From a virus, in IMG/VR virus record IMGVR_UViG_3300002143_000172, positions 1-64,000 of that record: a stretch of 64,000 bases of DNA; one strand, 5' to 3'. Each line of letters opens with the position of its first letter. Within the stretch, counting starts at the first letter, position 1. Shown here in pieces: positions 39,095-45,080 of this stretch. Under the pieces are notes generated by a model. It was not told the origin of the DNA and made no database searches. It saw only the letters and a list, made by a program, of their open reading frames with translations. The position numbers and the translations under genes are program-made.

Positions 39095-39168
39095 TGGTAG
39101 GACCACCCGGACTCGAACCGGGATAGATCGGTTAAAAGCCGACTATTCTACCTTTGAATTATGATCCC
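39095..39168 (-). tRNA. tRNA-Lys(UUU)
   Basis: cloverleaf. Confidence 0.9.
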
Positions 39169-39172
39169 GTAT

Positions 39173-39247
39173 TGGTCCATGCTCTGAGAATCGAACTCAG
39201 TTCCTCCGGTTAAGAGCCGGTTACTTCGCCACTAAAGTTTAGCATGG
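39173..39247 (-). tRNA. tRNA-Lys(CUU)
   Basis: cloverleaf, atypical A8. Confidence 0.85.
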
Positions 39248-39328
39248 GTTGTGTATTAAATTGATTTAATGTGCCAACCCTAGACCAATACGGGATCTAG
39301 AGCGACACTATCGTTTACCTCGTTTCAT
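39242..39328 (-). promoter_or_regulatory. mini-ORF MKRGKR* (39308-39328) plus switch hairpin antisense to tRNA-Lys junction
   Basis: AAGGAG SD; 15-nt perfect inverted repeat 39283-39297 vs 39163-39177. Confidence 0.65.
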
Positions 39329-39329
39329 G

Positions 39330-39458
39330 TCAATCTCCTTTTTTGATATTACGATTTTGTGCTTGGCGTTCTGATTTCCAGAACACTCGTTTCCAATCTT
39401 TCAAATGCTTCCACCATTGTGGAGGCGCTGTCAAGTTACCCTTTTTGACATTTGCCAT
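39330..39458 (-). CDS. 42 aa basic Trp-rich peptide (not in ORF track)
   Basis: MANVKKGNLTAPPQWWKHLKDWKRVFWKSERQ...*, AAGGAA SD. Confidence 0.7.
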   Translation of the reverse strand: MANVKKGNLTAPPQWWKHLKDWKRVFWKSERQAQNRNIKKGD

Positions 39459-39485
39459 ACTGGTTCCTTTTTTAATTTAAAACTA

Positions 39486-40130
39486 TTATTTGCTGTGCAG
39501 TAAATTTACAAACTCTAACAATAGAGCATGATGTCTGCGATTATGCCAATGCTCCGGCATCCATGTATAACTGTCATACCAAAATTTTTCACTTTCTAAA
39601 TGACAGCCCATTAAACCTAAATTTCCCTGTATTATTGCCATAGGGTCTCCGTTGGCATAGGTAGCAACGGTAGTAAACTTTGTTTGATCTCCAATGAAAC
39701 AACATCCGTCATTGTAGAACATCTTGTCCGACTGTCCATTCCAGGTAACTGATATTGCTTTAGTATGTGGTCTATGAGTATCTGCGGTAGGTTGCTTGTA
39801 ATACTGTACAGCGTCTACATCCTCAAGCAGATCAAAGTAATAATGATTGGCCCAATATGCGCCCATACATATTCCTAGATACTTGCCCCCACTATTAACA
39901 AACTCTTTAATAAGATCGGCGTTATTTTTTAGCAGATAATCGTAGCTATCGGAATTTCCAAAACCACCGGGAAATGCAACTATATCAACATCATTGAAAA
40001 AATCTTCTTCTAGCTCGTGCTTGGTAAAGATTTTAAAATCATAATGGCTTTTAAGTGCTTGCATGATACCATTGCCCGACTGTACAGAACACATCGGTTG
40101 ATGTATGAACAGTGCAATCTTAGGTTTCAT
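39486..40130 (-). CDS. BPL_N / class I glutamine amidotransferase-like protein
   Basis: FPGG, GGKYLGICMGAY, HLE. Confidence 0.8.
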   Translation of the reverse strand: MKPKIALFIHQPMCSVQSGNGIMQALKSHYDFKIFTKHELEEDFFNDVDIVAFPGGFGNSDSYDYLLKNNADLIKEFVNSGGKYLGICMGAYWANHYYFDLLEDVDAVQYYKQPTADTHRPHTKAISVTWNGQSDKMFYNDGCCFIGDQTKFTTVATYANGDPMAIIQGNLGLMGCHLESEKFWYDSYTWMPEHWHNRRHHALLLEFVNLLHSK

Positions 40131-40143
40131 AACTTTATTTATA

Positions 40144-40219
40144 TGGCACCCCCGGAGAGAATCGAACTCCCATTCCTGCGTTCGTAGCACAGTGTATGAA
40201 TCCATTATACGACAGGGGT
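40144..40219 (-). tRNA. tRNA-Arg(ACG)
   Basis: cloverleaf. Confidence 0.9.
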
Positions 40220-40231
40220 ATAAATAATTTT

Positions 40232-41437
40232 ATGAAAAACTGGGAAAATGTTAAAAAACTGCACATAGAAATAAGTTCTCAATGTAACGCTGTATGTCCT
40301 ATGTGTACTCGGTATCCAACCGCTAGTTACTTTGAGCACCCGCATATACAGAAAGACTGGATGTGGACTGTAGACACAGTAAAACAACGACTACCTAAAG
40401 AAGATTTAATAGGTATAACTTCATACCTTATCAATGGCACCTTTGGAGATTTTATTATGAACTCCGAAGCAATAGAAATAATACAGTATCTAAATGAATG
40501 TTCACCCGATGCTAGTCTTTATATCAATACCAACGGTTCTGCTAGAAACGCAAGTTGGTGGAAAGAACTTGCAAAGATTCCTAATGTAGTAGTAAATTTT
40601 GCAATCGACGGATTAGAAGATACTCATTCACTTTACAGGAGAAACACTAGCTGGTCTAAGATTATTGACAATGCTAAAACATTTATAAATTCGGGCGGTC
40701 ATGCAGAATGGACAATGATTATATTTGAGCATAATAAGCATCAAGTTGATGCTTGCTTTAATCTCAGCACAACTATTGGATTTAAATCATTTACCAGCCG
40801 AAATAGCGACCGAATCAATACTGATGTTCTTGATAAAAATGGCCTTAGTAAATACGGAATAAAATCTGCCGATCCTACCATTACCAGTTATCGATCCTAC
40901 CATCAATTACAGTGGAAAGAAACTATATTAAAGAAAGGTCAGTTTTACGCAAAGCAAACATACCAAACCGGCGCATTGCCTAGTATAGACTCATGCTCGA
41001 GTATTTCGGAAAGTTCGGTATACATAGGATCAAATTGGTCCGTAATGCCGTGTTGTTTCTTAGGAAACATTACGATGGGTAGGCAGACTGATCATAGGTG
41101 GGCAAATTTCTTAGATGCACTCACTAACGCAGGATTTTCCTTAACCGACTTTGATGCAACAAGTACCAAAACAGTTCGTCAAGTATTTGAGCAAGGGTTT
41201 GACTGGGTATACAATCGCATATTAACCGACAATGCGTTAGTTGCTTGTTCAACAAATTGTCATCCTGTGGACAGTGCATTTCAGAGAAGTATGGCAAGTC
41301 GTCAACATGAAACCCTTAAAAATATGGTGCCGCCCCCAGGGATCGAACCTGGTTCCTCGGTGCTTCAAACCGGTGCTATGACCACATCAGCTAAAGCGGC
41401 ATTGGTACCAGCGGAGGGTATCGAACCCTCTCACTGA
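40232..41437 (+). CDS. radical SAM / SPASM protein
   Basis: CNAVCPMC, NTNGS, VMPCC; 3' end overlaps tRNA-Phe antisense. Confidence 0.9.
   Translation: MKNWENVKKLHIEISSQCNAVCPMCTRYPTASYFEHPHIQKDWMWTVDTVKQRLPKEDLIGITSYLINGTFGDFIMNSEAIEIIQYLNECSPDASLYINTNGSARNASWWKELAKIPNVVVNFAIDGLEDTHSLYRRNTSWSKIIDNAKTFINSGGHAEWTMIIFEHNKHQVDACFNLSTTIGFKSFTSRNSDRINTDVLDKNGLSKYGIKSADPTITSYRSYHQLQWKETILKKGQFYAKQTYQTGALPSIDSCSSISESSVYIGSNWSVMPCCFLGNITMGRQTDHRWANFLDALTNAGFSLTDFDATSTKTVRQVFEQGFDWVYNRILTDNALVACSTNCHPVDSAFQRSMASRQHETLKNMVPPPGIEPGSSVLQTGAMTTSAKAALVPAEGIEPSH
41325..41400 (-). tRNA. tRNA-Phe(GAA)
   Basis: cloverleaf. Confidence 0.9.
41403..41430 (-). pseudogene. 3' tRNA remnant (T-arm plus GGUACCA)
   Basis: GAGGG-UUCGAUA-CCCUC then CGCUGGUACCA. 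Confidence 0.65.
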
Positions 41438-41447
41438 TGTTATCTAT

Positions 41448-41524
41448 TGGTACCTCCGGCGGGAGTCGAACCCCCAACCACCTGCTTCTAAGGCAAGCCG
41501 CACTACCAATTAGCGTACGAAGGC
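41448..41524 (-). tRNA. tRNA with Leu(UAG) anticodon, short variable loop
   Basis: 77-nt class I cloverleaf. Confidence 0.85.
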
Positions 41525-41529
41525 ATATA

Positions 41530-41606
41530 TGGTACCCCGTGTCTGATTCGAACAGACATCCAACTCCTTTTGAGAGAATTCGCACTACCAATTAGCGTAA
41601 CGGGGC
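41530..41606 (-). tRNA. tRNA with Leu(CAA) anticodon, short variable loop
   Basis: 77-nt class I cloverleaf, same D-arm as neighbour. Confidence 0.85.
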
Positions 41607-41616
41607 ATAAAAACTT

Positions 41617-41692
41617 TGGGGTGCTCTATGAGGATCGAACTCATACTACCGGGGTCACAGACCAGTGTGCAGGCCACTACACTAAGAACACC
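41617..41692 (-). tRNA. tRNA-His(GUG)
   Basis: G-1:C73. Confidence 0.9.
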
Positions 41693-41698
41693 ATTGTT

Positions 41699-41775
41699 TG
41701 GAGCACAGGGTGGGACTCGAACCCACGACTTTACGGATTTGCAATCCGCTACATTGGCCGCTCTGTCACCTGTGC
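41699..41775 (-). tRNA. tRNA-Cys(GCA)
   Basis: cloverleaf, U73. Confidence 0.9.
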
Positions 41776-41782
41776 ATATAAT

Positions 41783-41856
41783 TGGAGCGGGTAGCGAGAA
41801 TCGAACTCGCGATTAAACTTCGGCAAAGTTTTAGGTTACCATTACATCATACCCGC
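41783..41856 (-). tRNA. tRNA-Gly(GCC)
   Basis: cloverleaf, U73. Confidence 0.9.
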
Positions 41857-41864
41857 ATTGTTTG

Positions 41865-42464
41865 TTAGCCAAATAATATTTTTTTGGCATCTTTAAAATA
41901 TGTATTACTTTGAATATTTTCCATTATTCTTAGAGTTAATACAACTCTAAGTGAGTTTGATCGACTATTGTCAAAATCATGAAAAATATCTGTGTTAAAC
42001 AATATACATTCATTTGATTTTGCGACCATACTTTTTATCGGTGTATGTTTTGTTTTATCGAAACCAGCACATTCTCTTGAAGTTTTTTTCTGCAAATTGT
42101 CTATTAGATACTCTTTTAAATCTTCATCACTATACCAATTAGTAACACACGCTTCGTCTAAAATTTGAACGGTATAGTTGATACTAAATCGATCAGACAT
42201 TCCGTCCTTGTGTGCCCTGTAATATCCACCGGGCTTTGTCATAAACAAACTAACACGATGTGGCCTTAATGGCATTTGCTTTGCCATTGGTAGTAATGAA
42301 AGAAGATGATTCGCTTGATCTTTTGGAAAAGGGTAATGAATAAAAGTCTCATTATCCTCGATTGAAGGCATATTCTTTTTACAATAGTCAACGATCTTAT
42401 CTAGCCCGTCGTGGGTAAATCTAATATAGTACGGACTGCAATCTTCGATTATTGTATAGGTCAT
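41865..42464 (-). CDS. 2OG-Fe(II) oxygenase-like protein
   Basis: AHKDG, FNTDIFHDFDN...R. Confidence 0.7.
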   Translation of the reverse strand: MTYTIIEDCSPYYIRFTHDGLDKIVDYCKKNMPSIEDNETFIHYPFPKDQANHLLSLLPMAKQMPLRPHRVSLFMTKPGGYYRAHKDGMSDRFSINYTVQILDEACVTNWYSDEDLKEYLIDNLQKKTSRECAGFDKTKHTPIKSMVAKSNECILFNTDIFHDFDNSRSNSLRVVLTLRIMENIQSNTYFKDAKKILFG

Positions 42465-42487
42465 ATAACTATTTACAATCTAAAATT

Positions 42488-42579
42488 TGGCGGAAGACGG
42501 AGGAGTCGAACCCCATCCCATTTCTGAGAACCCAGTTTTCAAGGCTGGTCGGCGCACCAACGCACCTGCATCATCTTCC
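42488..42579 (-). tRNA. tRNA-Ser(UGA), 8/4 fold
   Basis: 8-bp acceptor, 4-bp T-stem, G73, long V-arm. Confidence 0.8.
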
Positions 42580-42585
42580 ATAACT

Positions 42586-42659
42586 TGGTCCTCTCGTATG
42601 GAATCGAACCATCATCTACCGGTTATCAGCCGATTGCTCTACCATTGAGCTACAAGAGG
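42586..42659 (-). tRNA. tRNA-Ile(GAU)
   Basis: cloverleaf. Confidence 0.9.
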
Positions 42660-42666
42660 AAATAAA

Positions 42667-42730
42667 ACAGGATGCATTTTTGGCTTTTTTTCAAGAAAAG
42701 ATTTTTAAATTTGCTGGAAGCATCCTAAAA
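42667..42730 (-). ncRNA. CAGCAA-family RNA copy 5 with anticodon-arm mimic (UGA)
   Basis: AGGAUGC/GCAUCCU stem; CUUUU-CUUGAAA-AAAAG. Confidence 0.75.
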
Positions 42731-42732
42731 CT

Positions 42733-42807
42733 TGGCGGTCTGTGGGGGAATCGAACCCCCGTAAGTGGATAGACAATCCACAGTAATAACCTCTATACGA
42801 ACAGACC
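42733..42807 (-). tRNA. tRNA-Asp(GUC)
   Basis: cloverleaf, unusual U37. Confidence 0.9.
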
Positions 42808-42812
42808 TAAAC

Positions 42813-42887
42813 TGGTACTGCGTACGGGAATCGAACCCGTCTCTTTGGCTTGAAGGGCCAAGGACCTACCCAGAAGTCCAACGCAGT
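42813..42887 (-). tRNA. tRNA-Glu(UUC)
   Basis: cloverleaf, unusual C33. Confidence 0.8.
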
Positions 42888-42894
42888 GTAAAAT

Positions 42895-42970
42895 TGGTCT
42901 CGCATGAAGGACTCGAACCTTCGAAATCCTGGCCCCAAACCAGGTGGCATAGCCGCTAACCGAATGCGAG
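42895..42970 (-). tRNA. tRNA-Pro(UGG)
   Basis: cloverleaf. Confidence 0.9.
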
Positions 42971-42977
42971 ATAAACT

Positions 42978-43052
42978 TGGCGTACCGGGAGGGATTTGAA
43001 CCCCCACTAGCAGTTTTGGAGACTGTCGTGCTGCCGTTAACACTACCGATAC
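42978..43052 (-). tRNA. tRNA-Trp(CCA)
   Basis: cloverleaf. Confidence 0.9.
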
Positions 43053-43098
43053 ATAACTTGGTGGACTCAACAAGCTCATGCTTGCATTTGTCCTTAAT

Positions 43099-43173
43099 TG
43101 GTGGAGGCCGAGGGAATCGAACCCTTCTAGTCACGATGCTTGCAAGGCAACGCCGTAGCCCATTACTGCCCCC
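43099..43173 (-). tRNA. non-canonical tRNA-Ala(UGC), reduced D-arm
   Basis: G3:U70, A73, CU-UGC-AA loop, 8/4-like fold. Confidence 0.7.
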
Positions 43174-43178
43174 AATTG

Positions 43179-43721
43179 TTAGACGACAAGTAATTCTTGC
43201 CATCTTATAACTTTTGATTCATCATAAACATCACGCTTACCTTTTCTTGCGTTTTCGCTTGCCGGTAAGTACTGTAAATTGTCTTGATGATGTAGTCCTC
43301 CGTTTGCTAACGGAATCCTATGATCAACTTGATATCCTTCCGGAACAAATTGATAAATTTTTCTGATTAAATCTAAATCAGCATTGTCAGGTATAGCATT
43401 TCTTTTCCGTGCTCTGTAAGCATAGACATTTGCTTTATTACCTGCTCTTTTATGTTCTTCAGTCACTCTGCCTCTATGGTCCCAGTAAGCATTTCTAGCT
43501 TCTGAAATTTTAGCAGAATGTTCTTGTGTCCTAGGAGGAAGTTTTACACCCTTTCTGTTCGGCATTTTAGACTTACCAGAAACAATAGCTTTCTTAACAC
43601 CGTTAGCAATTTTTTCTTTAGTATCTGCTGTTCTAATTCTACTGTTAGCACATGCTCTTGAGCAAAATTTTCCAGATCCAAAAGATCCATTGTGTGTAGT
43701 GTTACATTTCAGACATTTCAT
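43179..43721 (-). CDS. HNH homing endonuclease
   Basis: KFCSRACAN, VDHRIPL, GGLHHQDNLQ, ENARK. Confidence 0.9.
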   Translation of the reverse strand: MKCLKCNTTHNGSFGSGKFCSRACANSRIRTADTKEKIANGVKKAIVSGKSKMPNRKGVKLPPRTQEHSAKISEARNAYWDHRGRVTEEHKRAGNKANVYAYRARKRNAIPDNADLDLIRKIYQFVPEGYQVDHRIPLANGGLHHQDNLQYLPASENARKGKRDVYDESKVIRWQELLVV

Positions 43722-43776
43722 ATTAGTTCTCCTAATTGTATTTATACAATCGTACTCAGCTAATACAAATTACATT

Positions 43777-43852
43777 TGGCTCCCCAGGTATGGATCGAAC
43801 ATACGACATCTTCGTTAACAGCGAAGCGCAACTACCTCTGTGCTACTGGGGA
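43777..43852 (-). tRNA. tRNA-Asn(GUU)
   Basis: cloverleaf. Confidence 0.9.
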
Positions 43853-43886
43853 ATAAATTAGTGAAGGATTTCACGGAATAGAAAAT

Positions 43887-43974
43887 TGGTGAAGAATGAT
43901 GGAATCGAACCACTTGCCGCCACCCCGCTTAACAATGGCCACCGGGTTACAGCCGGCGACGGGGAACATCCTCC
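43887..43974 (-). tRNA. D-armless tRNA-Tyr(GUA)
   Basis: 8-bp acceptor, GCCGG-CU-GUA-AC-CCGGU, long V-arm, 4-bp T-stem, ACCA. Confidence 0.7.
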
Positions 43975-44036
43975 AAAACACACTCTAGCAGTTTATCTTT
44001 CTGCCTCTTTGTACTATGTACTCGGAACGAATGTGT

Positions 44037-44111
44037 GTATTAAAACAAACTGACTAGCTACGCTCCGACACTAACTTCACAGGTTAGCCGTGTGCCAATT
44101 TGCTTTAATAC
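44037..44111 (-). ncRNA. hairpin RNA enclosing anticodon-arm mimic (GUG)
   Basis: 18-bp closing stem; CUAAC-CUGUGAA-GUUAG. Confidence 0.5.
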
Positions 44112-44237
44112 GAACTAATTTTTAGTCCCACAAGAGGGATTCCATCCTAGTCGCCGCCCGTTTAAGACTTGTTTTAAGTGCGTCTTCAGGACCTCGTTTC
44201 CTGGGCATTGCTGCTCTTACTTTCACACTTTGCGATT

Positions 44238-44390
44238 CTAACGACCTCCGCAGAGTATCTCTCGCTTTCTCATAGTTTCATAACTTTCTACAGCTCTTGT
44301 TAACTTGTTCTGAATAAGTTGTTTAACCTGTTCAGGAGTTAGCGTATGCTGTCGAAGCCAATCTACTTCTTTAATCTTTTTCTCTATCAT
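44238..44390 (-). CDS. 50 aa peptide (not in ORF track)
   Basis: MIEKKIKEVDWLRQHTLTPEQVK...CGGR*, AGGAGA SD. Confidence 0.6.
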   Translation of the reverse strand: MIEKKIKEVDWLRQHTLTPEQVKQLIQNKLTRAVESYETMRKREILCGGR

Positions 44391-44763
44391 TTCTCTCCTG
44401 CTCTACAAATTGTTCAAATCTTGTTGCTAGGTCATCATTTGCAGGATCTGTTGGTATGTTGTATGCGTGTATTCTGCGATGGCAGTTAGCACACACTACA
44501 ACACACTTTCTTAGTTCCCTTAAAACAGAACTTATACTTTTTGTTATTTGTCTAATAACCCCTACCTCTTTCTGGCTAGGATCACTATGATGGAAATCTA
44601 AACAAGCAGAGTCGGTCTCGCCGCATCTACTACATTTTAGTGTTCCTTTCCATTCCTGGAAAACATCAAGTAATTCTTTGTATCTGTTTTTTTGATACTC
44701 TAACAACCTTTCTTTGTTCTTTTCGTAAAACTCTTTTCTCTTCTGTTTGTGTTCTTGTTCCAT
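44371..44763 (-). CDS. HNH endonuclease
   Basis: CSRCG, LDFHH, KCVVVCANCHR. Confidence 0.85.
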   Translation of the reverse strand: MEQEHKQKRKEFYEKNKERLLEYQKNRYKELLDVFQEWKGTLKCSRCGETDSACLDFHHSDPSQKEVGVIRQITKSISSVLRELRKCVVVCANCHRRIHAYNIPTDPANDDLATRFEQFVEQERNDREKD

Positions 44764-44829
44764 AAAGTATCTCCTGATACTGTATTTATACAAAAACACA
44801 TTGTTTTTTGTAATATTTTTAAGGACTAC

Positions 44830-44866
44830 AAAAAACGAAACCCCAGGGTTTTTAATCCTGGGGTCC
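44830..44866 (-). terminator. attenuator terminator
   Basis: GACCCCAGG-loop-CCUGGGGUU followed by UCGUUUUUU. Confidence 0.85.
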
Positions 44867-44890
44867 TTGAAGTTGTTGTGTATTTTTGTG

Positions 44891-45022
44891 TTACACTACA
44901 CGCTCCCGGGACCCCTGGCAAATCTCTGGTGTACGATCATTACTTGATAGTAACCAAGAGGTGGGCATAAAGCCTGCCTGTTTGGCATCTAATCTATAAT
45001 AATGTATCGAACAGTTTTTCAT
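44891..45022 (-). CDS. putative attenuator leader peptide (43 aa, all 20 amino acids)
   Basis: MKNCSIHYYRLDAKQAGFMPTSWLLSSNDRTPEICQGSRERVV*; 3' end forms antiterminator. Confidence 0.75.
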   Translation of the reverse strand: MKNCSIHYYRLDAKQAGFMPTSWLLSSNDRTPEICQGSRERVV

Positions 45023-45080
45023 TTGCTTTCTCTTTATTTCCTAAAAATTTACAAACAGCATTATTGCTGCCTATGTGTTA

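Noticed and set aside
39266-39328. UAG read-through peptide MKRGKR*CRSRSRIGLGLAH
   Set aside because: No suppressor tRNA in the window; the hairpin is better explained by its complementarity to the tRNA-Lys junction.
35504-41524. Amber suppressor tRNA / alternative genetic code
   Set aside because: The loops read UAG (Leu) and UCU (Arg) in register, not CUA; genes are intact under code 11 and some end in TAG.
28864-42730. CRISPR array from the CAGCAA repeats
   Set aside because: Copies are dispersed, non-identical and covary as stems; no regular spacers or cas genes.
42813-42887. Opal suppressor or Sec tRNA
   Set aside because: The 7-nt loop CCUUCAA centres on UUC (Glu); no Sec-type long arms.
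32759-43210. ORF-track entries overlapping tRNAs (e.g. 32759-32977, 33455-33790, 38593-39164, 41391-41816, 42765-43210)
   Set aside because: Shadow ORFs over tRNA genes with no protein motifs.
44200-45070. Extra CAGCAA matches near 44208 and 45064
   Set aside because: They lack the GG-N4 closing stem and CCUGU end of the family.
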